From Coriobacteriia bacterium (lineage in GTDB: Bacteria > Actinomycetota > Coriobacteriia > Anaerosomatales > SLCP01): 64,000 bases of DNA. Location of the stretch: NCBI GenBank assembly GCA_019429145.1, contig JAHYJI010000001.1, forward strand, positions 2,535 through 66,534, given 5' to 3'. Both the position numbers and the translations under genes were made by a program. The notes under the pieces are model-generated. The model ran no database searches. It saw only the letters and a list, made by a program, of their open reading frames with translations, and was not told the origin of the DNA. This document shows, one piece after another, positions 28,458-37,785 of the stretch. How positions within the stretch are numbered: the first letter of the stretch is position 1; each line of letters opens with the position of its first letter.

Positions 28458-28493
28458 GAAGAAGGGCGTGTCTGGATCGACACGCCCTTCTTC
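28458..28493. terminator. Bidirectional terminator hairpin between the convergent pgi and symporter genes
   Basis: A perfect 15-bp stem gaagaagggcgtgtc / gacacgcccttcttc with a 6-nt loop. Confidence 0.55.
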
Positions 28494-28576
28494 CAGGTGC
28501 GGACCCGACCCCTGGGACGTAGGAGCCGGGTCCGCAAGTCCAAGAAGCCCCCGGGGGTGGAGCCTCTTGCCGTAGG

Positions 28577-30418
28577 TTACTTCCCGCCGCTCGAGAACAT
28601 GCTTCCGACCTTGTCGGTACCCATGTCACGCTCGTGGCGTTCGCTCGCGGTCCCGTGGATACGCATCCAGATCTCGTCCACGTTCTTGGGCAACTGTCCG
28701 TCGAGCTTGCTCACGATGATGATGGTGAGCAGAGCAGCCGGGAAGGTGAACAGCGTCGGGAAGGTAAGGCTGCCCATGAAGGCGAGGACACCCTCATCCG
28801 GCAACCGTCCGAGCTGCTTCAGGATGTTCATGATGATGAAGAAGAAAGACCCGCCGCCTCCGACGATCATGCCTGCGATAGCTCCGCGCTCCGTGGTCTG
28901 CTTCCACCAGATACCCGTGAGAAGCATGGGCACGAAAGCACCTGCACCGACCGCGAACGCCCACGTCACCATCATCGCGATGAGTGCCGGGTAGGCCTTG
29001 TCGAGACCGACGGCCGGGATGCCGAGGCCGATGCCCAGGGCGACGAATGCGAAGAAGAGCACCGAAGCCTTGCCCACGAACACCTTTCGGGCCTCGGAGC
29101 CGCCCGGGTTGATGTACTTCTCGTAGACGTCGTGGCCGATGGCCGAGGCAGAGGCGATCAGCAGTCCGCCGGTGGTGGAGAACATGGCAGCGAACGCACC
29201 GGCCGCGACCGCACCCATGAGCCACTCGCCCCCGAGGATCTGAGCGATCGTCGGCATGATGGCGTCGGACTTGAGCAGGAGGCCGTCTACGTACGCAGCG
29301 TTGGCGGGAGCGGTCCCCGCCCTCCACGCGTTGTCGATGATCTGACGTCCGGCCAGACCCGCGATCGGGGCGAGTATGTAGAACGTACCGATGAAGATCA
29401 GTACCCAGAAGGTGGAACGGCGAGCCGCCGCACCCGACGGGTTCGTGTAGTACCGGTTGAGGATGTGCGGCAGGCCCGCGGTGCCGAGCACGAGTGCGAG
29501 CACCATCGAGAACTGGTCGAAGCTGTTGTAGCGGTGTCCCGGCTCGTTGAAGAACATGTCGCGCAGCGTGTGAAGCTTGTTCTTCGCGGGCACGAGCACC
29601 CCGACGGTCGCAGCGGGATCACCGGCGTCGACAACCGCCTGGACCTCCTCGAACGCCTCGGGGCTCATCGCACCCTCGACCGACGCCAGCAGCGCACCGT
29701 CATCAGCGGTGAGATCCGCGACGGTATGCGTCTTCACGTCCCGGTGGTTCTCTGCGGTGACCTCTGCAAGCGTCGCAGGGTAGCTGAACTTGCCGGCGGT
29801 GAAGGCAAAGACAACGACCAGGAACATCGCCGTCCACAGCCACCAGAACTGGACGATCTGGTTGAGCGTGGTGCCCTTCATGCCGCCCACCATGACGTAG
29901 AACATGATGATGAGACCGACGATGACGACGCCCGTGTTATACGGCGAAAGTCCGAAGATGCCCGCGCCCACCAGGACCGTCCACGTGGTACCCGCTCCGT
30001 ACATCTGCGGGGCCATGTAGAAGAGGCTGGTCAGCAGTACCATGACCACGGTCACCAGGCGGATGCGGTCGGATCCGAAGCGCCCGTACGCGAAGTCGGC
30101 GACAGTGTACTCGCCGAAGCGCCTCAGCGCCGAGGCGATAAAGAGCACCACGACGATGAAGCCGCCGGCAAACCCGGCCGCGTACCACACGCCGTCGAGG
30201 CCCGATGCGTACACCGCCGCGGCGACACCCAGGAACGAGGCAGCCGAGAGGTAGTCACCGGAGATCGCAGAAGCATTGGCAATCGTGCCGACCTTGCGTC
30301 CGGCGAGATAGAAGTCGGCGGTAGTACGGGTGAAGCGGCGTACGAAGATCGCAAGCCCGACGGTGAAGATCGTCAGGCCGATGACCATCACGATGGCGAT
30401 GACGTTGAGGTTACCCAT
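28577..30418 (-). CDS. Sodium:solute symporter family protein (ActP-like cation/acetate symporter)
   Basis: About 13-14 TMs. The N-terminus has ..DFYLAGR.., and the gene is paired with a DUF485 gene as in actP-yjcH. The start is ATG 30418. Confidence 0.85.
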   Translation of the reverse strand: MGNLNVIAIVMVIGLTIFTVGLAIFVRRFTRTTADFYLAGRKVGTIANASAISGDYLSAASFLGVAAAVYASGLDGVWYAAGFAGGFIVVVLFIASALRRFGEYTVADFAYGRFGSDRIRLVTVVMVLLTSLFYMAPQMYGAGTTWTVLVGAGIFGLSPYNTGVVIVGLIIMFYVMVGGMKGTTLNQIVQFWWLWTAMFLVVVFAFTAGKFSYPATLAEVTAENHRDVKTHTVADLTADDGALLASVEGAMSPEAFEEVQAVVDAGDPAATVGVLVPAKNKLHTLRDMFFNEPGHRYNSFDQFSMVLALVLGTAGLPHILNRYYTNPSGAAARRSTFWVLIFIGTFYILAPIAGLAGRQIIDNAWRAGTAPANAAYVDGLLLKSDAIMPTIAQILGGEWLMGAVAAGAFAAMFSTTGGLLIASASAIGHDVYEKYINPGGSEARKVFVGKASVLFFAFVALGIGLGIPAVGLDKAYPALIAMMVTWAFAVGAGAFVPMLLTGIWWKQTTERGAIAGMIVGGGGSFFFIIMNILKQLGRLPDEGVLAFMGSLTFPTLFTFPAALLTIIIVSKLDGQLPKNVDEIWMRIHGTASERHERDMGTDKVGSMFSSGGK

Positions 30419-30797
30419 TCTCGCCACCTCCCACCGGGGCGACTGCCGTCTCGGCAGCGATCTCATCGGCCATGTGCGAGAGCGTTTCGTCGAGCTTGTC
30501 CGCCTTCTTGATATACGTGTAGCTCAACCCCCAGAGGAACAGGTAGTACAGCAGCGACACGACAAGGTAGTTGACCGTGAAGCCGCCCCACACCGGAGTC
30601 GCGTACCAGGACTCCCACCACACTGACATCGCCGGGATGGCCAACGTAACCACGAAGAACACAGCGCCGTACGCGAAGCTCAGCTTGCGCTGGGCCCGGA
30701 AGACCGCGTCGACGCTTTCGATCGTGTCGATGTGATCTCCGTGCTGCATCTGGATGCCCGATGCGGTTCTCACGGTCGTCTCAGCACTACTCGCCAT
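30411..30797 (-). CDS. DUF485 (YjcH-like) inner-membrane protein
   Basis: Two TMs. Its size and its 8-nt overlap with the downstream symporter are typical of yjcH-actP pairs. Confidence 0.7.
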   Translation of the reverse strand: MASSAETTVRTASGIQMQHGDHIDTIESVDAVFRAQRKLSFAYGAVFFVVTLAIPAMSVWWESWYATPVWGGFTVNYLVVSLLYYLFLWGLSYTYIKKADKLDETLSHMADEIAAETAVAPVGGGENG

Positions 30798-30871
30798 CTC
30801 CTACACCTCCTTCACTTCTGTCCGCCCCTGGGCGGTCCCGTTCACAACACGTGCGGCAGTGATGCCGCAAC

Positions 30872-31366
30872 CTAGTCTTGCTTGACGACGAACACCGGGA
30901 TCGGCGATCCCTTGACGACGGTCTCGGCAACCGAGCCGAGTGCTATGCGCTTCAAACCCGTGCGGCCCGTATCGCCGATGACGATCATGTCCGCTTCCCA
31001 CTCGATGGCAGACGCGACGATCCGCTTTGCCACACCGCCCTTGACGATCTCGACCTCGCACTCGACGCCGTTGCGCTCGCACATGGTCTTGGCGATGGCA
31101 AGACCCTTGATGGAGGGATGGACTCCCTCGAAGATATCCTCGTCCATGGCTTCTTCGGGGTACTCGAGCTGCTCGTACCCGGTGTCCACGTAGATCGCCT
31201 TGAGCGTGGCGCCGAACGTCTTGGCCATGACAACCGCGAACTCGGTGGCAGCCACCGACGGCTCCGAACCGTCAGTGGGAACCAGGATGCGGTCCACCTC
31301 GACACACACCTCCTGGATGTCGCCGAGTTTGACGTCCTCTGCTGCGCCCCTGATGCAGACCTTCAT
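30872..31366 (-). CDS. Universal stress protein (UspA family)
   Basis: Contains ILVPTDGSE... and the C-terminal G..GR.G..R...GSV motif (GDTGRTGLKRIALGSVAE). The ATG at 31366 is preceded by GGAGGAGG. Confidence 0.85.
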   Translation of the reverse strand: MKVCIRGAAEDVKLGDIQEVCVEVDRILVPTDGSEPSVAATEFAVVMAKTFGATLKAIYVDTGYEQLEYPEEAMDEDIFEGVHPSIKGLAIAKTMCERNGVECEVEIVKGGVAKRIVASAIEWEADMIVIGDTGRTGLKRIALGSVAETVVKGSPIPVFVVKQD

Positions 31367-31616
31367 GCGATTCACCTCCTCCTCGGGAACGACGAAGTCC
31401 CCGAATCCAAACGTCCCATGTTCACCGTAGACCTGGTTGCAGCCCGCGGCGATGAACGTGTGGCCGGTGGAGGGAGATGCTCGGTCAGTGGGCGTATTCA
31501 GGCGGTGTGCGGCGATGCGGGGTGTGGCGGCGCCGTCGAATACCGTCCACCGGCATCACGGCACCGCTCACCGGCGGGGTGTGCAGCCGGTGGCCGTGGT
31601 TGGCGGTGACGAAGGG

Positions 31617-32090
31617 TCAGAGGCGGTGGATGGCGGCGACAGGAGCCCGTCCCCCGTGGAGCTCAAGACGGGCGACGGTCGGCCGCCGGATTCCTCCCCG
31701 CGGCTCGGTGGCCGACCCGGGATTCACGTGCAAGACGTTGCCCGCTCGCTCCAGGGACGGCCGATGCGTGTGCCCGCACACCACGACCGCGGCTCCGGGC
31801 GGTGGGACCTGCCCGCTCGCATCGTGAACGATCCATACGAGCAGCGTGCCTGCACGGATCGATGCCGAGTCCGGCAGCTCGAGCGCCCACGCTCCGTGAT
31901 CGGTGTTCCCCCGCACGGCCACAACGGGGGCGAGGGCTTCGAGTTCGAGCAGGATGTCCGCACCGCCGATGTCACCGGCGTGCACGATGAGGTCGACGTC
32001 CTCGAAGAGCCGTCGAGCCGCGGGGTCAAGCGTGCCATGAGTATCGGAGATGACCCCTATGATCGCTGGAAGGCCGATGCGGGCGCTCAG
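31617..32090 (-). CDS. YfcE-like metallophosphoesterase; no canonical start codon
   Basis: Contains GVISDTHG, HAGDIG, GNTD and VCGHTH(R)P motifs. The conserved DxH motif lies upstream of the first ATG/GTG/TTG in frame, so the start is inferred as the CTG at 32090, overlapping the regulator stop (CTGA), or as ATC/ATA a few codons later. Confidence 0.6.
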   Translation of the reverse strand: MSARIGLPAIIGVISDTHGTLDPAARRLFEDVDLIVHAGDIGGADILLELEALAPVVAVRGNTDHGAWALELPDSASIRAGTLLVWIVHDASGQVPPPGAAVVVCGHTHRPSLERAGNVLHVNPGSATEPRGGIRRPTVARLELHGGRAPVAAIHRL

Positions 32091-32797
32091 AGTCCCAGCG
32101 CCTTCTTGAGAGCGGGCACCCGCCTTCGCGACACCGGCACCTGGGTGCCCTCGCGGTCCTTCAGCGTGAGCAGCAGCGTCCCCCCGTACATGGGGACAAC
32201 CTCTCTCACCTGGGCGAGGTTGACGAGATAGCGCCGGTGGACCCGGAAGAAGCCGCTCGGCTCGAGGCGCTGCTCGAGCTGGGCGAGTGAGATCGTGAGC
32301 AGGTAGCGCTCCGCGTCGGTGTGGAGGTAGGAGTAGTCGTCCTTGGCCATCACGTAGAAGATGTCCTCCACCTGGATGAGGAGCTTCTTGCCCGCCTTCT
32401 CTACCGGGATGCGCTCGATTCGTGCGCCCTCGTGATGCGGCGGCACCAGTCGCTCGATAGCGATGCGGAGACGGTCGAGCTCGACGGGCTTGACGAGGTA
32501 GTCGGTTGCGGCCACCTCGAATGCCTTGACGGCGTGTTCGCTGTGAGCGGTGACGAAGACCACCGACGGCGGGCGCTCGAGATCGGCCAGCGCCTCGGCG
32601 AGCTGGACACCGGACAGACCGGGCATGTCGATATCGAGGAAGATGACGTCGTAGGGTATGGCCCTGATGAGCTGGAAGGCCTCGGAGGCGTTGGATGCCT
32701 CTCCGACGACCTCGACCCCTCCTGCCTCATCGAGGAGGTATCGCAGCTCGGAACGTGCCGGCGCCTCGTCATCGACTACCAGAGCCTTCAGCGTCAT
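32087..32797 (-). CDS. LytTR-family response regulator
   Basis: Receiver domain (VVDDE..., D at FLDIDMPG) and a C-terminal LytTR DNA-binding domain (..FFRVHRRYLVNL..). Confidence 0.9.
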   Translation of the reverse strand: MTLKALVVDDEAPARSELRYLLDEAGGVEVVGEASNASEAFQLIRAIPYDVIFLDIDMPGLSGVQLAEALADLERPPSVVFVTAHSEHAVKAFEVAATDYLVKPVELDRLRIAIERLVPPHHEGARIERIPVEKAGKKLLIQVEDIFYVMAKDDYSYLHTDAERYLLTISLAQLEQRLEPSGFFRVHRRYLVNLAQVREVVPMYGGTLLLTLKDREGTQVPVSRRRVPALKKALGL

Positions 32798-34091
32798 CGG
32801 CGCCTCCCCTCACGACGTCGTCGGGAACGATCGTGATGCGGACACACGTCCCGTCACCCGGCTCGCTCGATACGCTCAGCCCGGACCCGGGTCCGTAGAA
32901 CCCTTGTAGTCTATCGTCCACGTTTTTCAGCGCGATTCCTAGACCTTTGCCGAATCCGGGTTCCAGCACCCTCGGCAGGTCCTCGGGCCGGATACCCACG
33001 CCGTCGTCGCCGATCTCGACCTCGATCCGCCCACCCCTGTCGTGCGCCCGGATGTCGATGTGGAGCACGCCCTCGGCTCTCATGCCGTGCTGCACGGCAT
33101 TCTCTACCACCGGCTGGACGGCGAACGCCGGAACGAGTACCTCCAGCGTGGACGGATCCACCTCCTCGGTAACCTCGATGCGGTCGCCGAAGCGTGCCAC
33201 CTCGAAGTGCAGGTAGGTGCGCACGTACTCCATCTCCGTGGCAAGCGGGATCAGCTCGTCGCTCGCCTCCAGCGTCCGGCGGTAGAACCACGCGAACTCG
33301 CGAAGCAACGTGCGCGCATGATCGGGATCGGTCCTGATCAGCATGGCGATCGTGTTGATGGTGTTGAAGAGGAAGTGGGGGTGGATCTGTGCCTGGAGTG
33401 CCTTGAGTTCCATGCGACACGCGAGCTCGGTCTGGCGGTCGAGCTCGGAGAGCTCGAGCTGGGTCGAGAGGAGGCGCGCCAGCCCCTCGGCCATGGTGAT
33501 CTGGGTCTCGTTGAGCAGGCGCGGTGTTGTGTAGTAAAACTTCAGCGTCCCGACGGCCTGGCCTCTGATCTCGAGCGGCACGACGATGGCGGCGCGCAGT
33601 AGGCAGGTGCGTTCGGGGCAGCCGATGTCGGCCTTGCTGTCGAGGATCCGGTGCTCGTTCATCTCGATCGCCTCGCGCGTAGCGCGGGTCAGGATCGGCC
33701 CTTCGACCGCATGGTGGTCCTCGCCCAGCCCCGCGAAACCGAGGATCGCGTCGGTGTCGGTGATCGCCACAGCAGCGGCCTCGGTCTTCTCGAGCGCAAG
33801 GCGGCACACCGCACCGGCGGTCTGGGGGTTCAGCCCCGTACGGAGGTAGCTGAGCGACTCGTTGGCGATCTGCAGCACCCGGTCGGAGTGCATCGCCTTG
33901 AGATGGTCGGGTCTGCTGATCCAGCGCGCAAGCACGCTGCCCATCGCGATGAGGGTGAGTCCTCCCAGGGAGGTAAGCAAGACCCACCGGGGCGGCGATG
34001 CGCTGATGAGGACCCAGGCCGCCACAACGGCGAGCACCGTCACGGCGAACATGAGCAGCGAGTCGAAGAGTATCGTCCGCCGCGGCGTCAT
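32769..34091 (-). CDS. LytS/YesM-type sensor histidine kinase with 2 TM and GAF domain
   Basis: Contains the His_kinase motif QIHPHFLFNTIN and HATPase N/G boxes (VENAVQHG, DDGVGI, GLGIAL). The ATG at 34091 was chosen from the ORF opening at 34475. Confidence 0.85.
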   Translation of the reverse strand: MTPRRTILFDSLLMFAVTVLAVVAAWVLISASPPRWVLLTSLGGLTLIAMGSVLARWISRPDHLKAMHSDRVLQIANESLSYLRTGLNPQTAGAVCRLALEKTEAAAVAITDTDAILGFAGLGEDHHAVEGPILTRATREAIEMNEHRILDSKADIGCPERTCLLRAAIVVPLEIRGQAVGTLKFYYTTPRLLNETQITMAEGLARLLSTQLELSELDRQTELACRMELKALQAQIHPHFLFNTINTIAMLIRTDPDHARTLLREFAWFYRRTLEASDELIPLATEMEYVRTYLHFEVARFGDRIEVTEEVDPSTLEVLVPAFAVQPVVENAVQHGMRAEGVLHIDIRAHDRGGRIEVEIGDDGVGIRPEDLPRVLEPGFGKGLGIALKNVDDRLQGFYGPGSGLSVSSEPGDGTCVRITIVPDDVVRGGADDAEGSGSR

Positions 34092-34102
34092 GACGCGTCC
34101 TC

Positions 34103-34957
34103 TCACTCTCTGCTCCGCCTCCCGCCTGATGCGACCGGCCGGACGAGGAAGACCAGCCGGCCGGCAAGCTCGGTCAGCCCGACCTTGCTGTAGAGCGCCC
34201 GCGACGCACTGTTCTCCTCCTGGGTGCAGAGGGTCACACTGTCCGCACCCGTTCTCATCAGGTACGAGACGGCCTCGCGCAGGAGGGCCTCCCCCGTTCC
34301 ACGGCCGCGTGCGGACGGCTTGACCGCCAGTCTTCCGAGCGTTGCGCTGCCTCGCACGACCGTCGCAAGAGTATATCCGATGAGGCCCTCCGGGCCCTCT
34401 GCAACCACCAACCGGTCCTGCGCAAGATAGCGTTCGAGATGCCCGGAATCGTAGCGCCAGAACTCGTCGAAGCACTCTGCATCGAGGCTCACGAGGGTGG
34501 GCAGGTCATCGGCGAGCGCCCGCCGCAGGCTGACCTCCCCGGAGGGGTCCGTCTCGTCATCGGCCCACGCGCGCCGATCGAGGCGCAAGACGATGACCCT
34601 CCCGTGCACCGAGAAACCCGCACGCTCGTACACGGGGACGAGCTCCTCGGCAACAAGCGGGCTGAGCAGGCGCCCGTAGCCCTGCCCGGCGGCAGCGGCG
34701 ATGACCTGGTCCGTCAGCGGGGCAACGCGCTCCCCCGAGCACCACAGGCCCCGCATCGCCAGCACGTCCAGGTGCGAACGCCACTCTTCGAGAAGCACGG
34801 CCTCGCCCCGGACGGTCACCTGGAGCCTCCACGGCGCCTCGGACCGAAACCGCTCGAATCCATCGTACGAGTCGAACAGGTGCGCAGCGTTCACCGCCGG
34901 CCAGATTCTCTGGGCCTCATCAGGGGATGCGGCGTGCAGCGTCGCCGGACTCACCAC
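34103..34957 (-). CDS. Two-lobed GNAT-family N-acetyltransferase
   Basis: The C-terminal lobe has the acetyl-CoA motif ARGRGTGEALL. The GTG start overlaps the upstream gene's end. Confidence 0.7.
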   Translation of the reverse strand: MVSPATLHAASPDEAQRIWPAVNAAHLFDSYDGFERFRSEAPWRLQVTVRGEAVLLEEWRSHLDVLAMRGLWCSGERVAPLTDQVIAAAAGQGYGRLLSPLVAEELVPVYERAGFSVHGRVIVLRLDRRAWADDETDPSGEVSLRRALADDLPTLVSLDAECFDEFWRYDSGHLERYLAQDRLVVAEGPEGLIGYTLATVVRGSATLGRLAVKPSARGRGTGEALLREAVSYLMRTGADSVTLCTQEENSASRALYSKVGLTELAGRLVFLVRPVASGGRRSRE

Positions 34958-35712
34958 ACGCCCGCCTCGGTCAGGCCCATCACCGTTCCCACCAGCATCA
35001 GGAAGACGGCGAATGTGGTGCGGATCGTACGGTCCCGGGCGGCAGCGGCCAGACGGGCACCGGCGATGGCACCGGGTATCACGCCCACGGTGAGCCCGAT
35101 GGCGAGGCCGGGATCCACGTGACCGAGCAGCCAGTGGGTGATCGAGCCGGGTACCGCGAACGCGGCGATGGCTACGAGACTCGTCCCGATAGCGCGCTTG
35201 ATCGGAAACCCGCCGACGCGGTAGAGCAGCGGCACGAGCAGAAACCCTCCCCCGAGGCCGAGAAAGCCCGAGTAGAGGCCCGTCACCAGACCCATCAACG
35301 CCGGCTTGCGGACCTGCACGCGAGTGCCGTCGTCAAACTCGGCCCGGGAAGGCCGACCCGGTCGCATCATGTCGATCGCCACCACGATGATCACGACAGA
35401 GGTGGCGATGAGAACGATCTGCCCACCCACAACGCGGCTGAGCAGGGCACCCGCGACTGCGGCCGGTGCACCCCAGGCACCCAGCAGCAGTCCGGACCTC
35501 ACGTCGGCCGTCCCGAGTCGAGCGTGCGTCCACGCGCCGGCGATGGCGGTGGGAATGATGACGGGAAGCGGCGTGCCGACCGCGACGAGTTCCGGGTACC
35601 CGAGGAGCAACCGGATCGCAGGCGTCGTGACCACACCCCCGCCCACACCGAACGCGCCGGAGAGAACTCCCGCGCCCAGCCCCACGCCAGCGGCCAGAAG
35701 CGCGGCGGTCAC
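34951..35712 (-). CDS. TauE/SafE (DUF81) family anion exporter
   Basis: About 8 TMs with repeated GxGGG motifs (GAFGVGGGVV; GFLGLGGGFLLVP). The GTG start overlaps the upstream stop (GTGA). Confidence 0.8.
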   Translation of the reverse strand: MTAALLAAGVGLGAGVLSGAFGVGGGVVTTPAIRLLLGYPELVAVGTPLPVIIPTAIAGAWTHARLGTADVRSGLLLGAWGAPAAVAGALLSRVVGGQIVLIATSVVIIVVAIDMMRPGRPSRAEFDDGTRVQVRKPALMGLVTGLYSGFLGLGGGFLLVPLLYRVGGFPIKRAIGTSLVAIAAFAVPGSITHWLLGHVDPGLAIGLTVGVIPGAIAGARLAAAARDRTIRTTFAVFLMLVGTVMGLTEAGVW

Positions 35713-36962
35713 AGCTCCCCGTCGCCCCGCACCATCGGGAAGCGACCGGTGATCGCGCCGCGGTCGACACGACGCTCTCCCGTGAAGAGCGGCTTGAGGG
35801 CGATGTCGTCCCAGATGCGGTCCATGAGGATGGGCCAGCGGCGCTGGAAGTCGAAGTAGTGCTGGCAGTGTTCGCGCGCGTACTCGGTGGCATCCCGCCG
35901 CGCAATGCGTGCGATGCGGAGGTAGCGTCCGCCCTCCTTGCGCGATACGCCGCGGAGCAGCGCGGTGAGCACGGTTCTCCAGGTGACCGCCGAGGAGATG
36001 AAGTGGCCCGGGTACGGCGCCATGGATTCCGGAGTCACCTGCCGCAGGTCGACCTGGGACTTGGCGAACTCGAGCTTGCGATGCTCGTAGATGAATCGGT
36101 ACACGTCCTGCCGGAACTGCAGCGCCTCGCCCGCAAGCCGCGGCGGACGGTGGATTACCGACCACTCGCCGTCCAGGAACACATCGCCGCCGTGCATCCG
36201 CGCATTGATCACGTAGTCGATGTCCTCACCGCGCACCACCCACGGATCGAACGACACGTTGCAGAACATGTCGCGGTGCAGTATCAGACAGCCGCCGAAG
36301 GCCACCGGGGTCGGCGTGATGCGCGGCGGGCGGTCGACGATCGAGAGAGCCGCATTGAACAGGTCGTCCCGGCGCCAGAAGACATCGCTGAAGTGCGGGC
36401 TTTCGTGGCGCTGATAGTTACCGTTCTCATCGGTGTAGTAGCCCGTCTTGGCGAGGATCATCTTGCCGCCGTCCCCGTAGCGCTCGCCGATGCCCTCGCT
36501 TGCCTTGCTGAGGAAGGCGGGGTCGTCGATCACCTGGTCGTCGTCGATGAAGAGCACGGTATCGCACCCGAGGACCGCCGCGGCGATCAGCCCGACGTTG
36601 CGTACCGCTCCGTACCCGACGAGACTGACGCCCGGCATGAGGTCTGCGAACTCGAGTTGCTCCAGACGGCGGTGCAACGAGCCGAGCTCGGCAGGGCCGA
36701 ACACGAACGAGTCGATGCCCGGGAAGTCCGCGAGGATCTGACGGACTCGATCCTCTGCCGCGTGCTCGATGGAGGGATCCGTGACCGCGACGGTCACCAC
36801 CACCCGCCCGAGCCCTTCCATGGCTTCGAGCGAGCGCAGGCACGCCGGGAGTGTGCCGTCGGTATCGACCGGCGTGGGATGGTCGTAGGTGGTCAGCAGA
36901 TTGTCCGGCACGCGGCCACGGCGGCGCGTCCAGAAGGTGGGGATAACCACGCAAGGTGTCAC
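35709..36962 (-). CDS. GT-A-fold (family-2-like) glycosyltransferase with ~200-aa uncharacterised C-terminal domain
   Basis: N-terminal VVIPTF.., YGAVRNVGL, and a DxD motif (FIDDDQ). Confidence 0.5.
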   Translation of the reverse strand: MTPCVVIPTFWTRRRGRVPDNLLTTYDHPTPVDTDGTLPACLRSLEAMEGLGRVVVTVAVTDPSIEHAAEDRVRQILADFPGIDSFVFGPAELGSLHRRLEQLEFADLMPGVSLVGYGAVRNVGLIAAAVLGCDTVLFIDDDQVIDDPAFLSKASEGIGERYGDGGKMILAKTGYYTDENGNYQRHESPHFSDVFWRRDDLFNAALSIVDRPPRITPTPVAFGGCLILHRDMFCNVSFDPWVVRGEDIDYVINARMHGGDVFLDGEWSVIHRPPRLAGEALQFRQDVYRFIYEHRKLEFAKSQVDLRQVTPESMAPYPGHFISSAVTWRTVLTALLRGVSRKEGGRYLRIARIARRDATEYAREHCQHYFDFQRRWPILMDRIWDDIALKPLFTGERRVDRGAITGRFPMVRGDGEL

Positions 36963-37009
36963 GAGCAGTCCGCTTTCGTCTCGCAGGTCGTGCGCGGCCG
37001 TGCCGCGCG

Positions 37010-37768
37010 CTACGATTCTACCGCTTCCGCCCGCGAGACGTGACCGGCCAGCTCGTCGCCGTTCTCCTCGACCGTCGGCGGATGCTCGCCGGAGCCCCCC
37101 TCGATTCCGTCGCGCTCCGCCTCTCGATGCGCGTCACAGCGTTCGAGCGCCTCGCGCAGCACGCCCGCCGGCCGCGACCCGATGAAGAGCTCGTTACAGA
37201 TGAGGGCGGCCGGGGTCGCGTCCAGGCCGAGGTGCATCGCCACGTGACGGAATTGGTGCAGACGCTCGTCGTAGGTGCCCTCGTCCCACGCCTCCTCGAG
37301 CTCCTCGCGCTCGATGCCCAACTCCCCGGCGATCTCGAGAAGCACGGCGGGAGAACCGATATCCCTGCCCTGCCCGAAGTAGGCTTCGAAGATGGCTGCA
37401 TGTGTGGCGCGGTGCAGCGCTGTGCCGAGGTCGCGTGCGAGCTCGGCGAGGACGAGTGCGCGGTGGGTGTTGGGCAATCGTGTCGGCGGGGCGAAGGGAA
37501 AGCCCTCCTTTTCCGCGGTGCGCTCGAGGTACTCGTCAACTCGCTCCGAGTGACCGGTGCCCCCCTCGGAGATCTCCAGACCTTCCTCCGACATCCCGGG
37601 CCGCAGTTCGTACGGCACGAGGAAGATGTCGAAGTCCAGGTCGAGCTCGGACTCGAGCGCGTCGAACCGGTGCTGGTCGACGTAGCAGAACGGACAGGCG
37701 TAGTCGAAGAAGACAAGTACCCTCGGACGCTCGAGAGGCGGGTTCTCGTGCGTGTGCTCGTCGCTCAT
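37010..37768 (-). CDS. DsbA/FrnE-like thiol:disulfide oxidoreductase
   Basis: Contains FFDYACPFCY (CPFC active site). It has the thioredoxin-fold length and no signal peptide. Confidence 0.75.
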   Translation of the reverse strand: MSDEHTHENPPLERPRVLVFFDYACPFCYVDQHRFDALESELDLDFDIFLVPYELRPGMSEEGLEISEGGTGHSERVDEYLERTAEKEGFPFAPPTRLPNTHRALVLAELARDLGTALHRATHAAIFEAYFGQGRDIGSPAVLLEIAGELGIEREELEEAWDEGTYDERLHQFRHVAMHLGLDATPAALICNELFIGSRPAGVLREALERCDAHREAERDGIEGGSGEHPPTVEENGDELAGHVSRAEAVES

Positions 37769-37785
37769 CTGCCACTCCCTGCTCG

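Noticed and set aside
28634-30511. 625-aa plus-strand ORF antisense to the sodium:solute symporter and DUF485 genes
   Set aside because: It is highly charged (Arg/Asp/Glu/His), whereas the opposite frame encodes about 14 regular TM helices. This is a GC-driven open frame.
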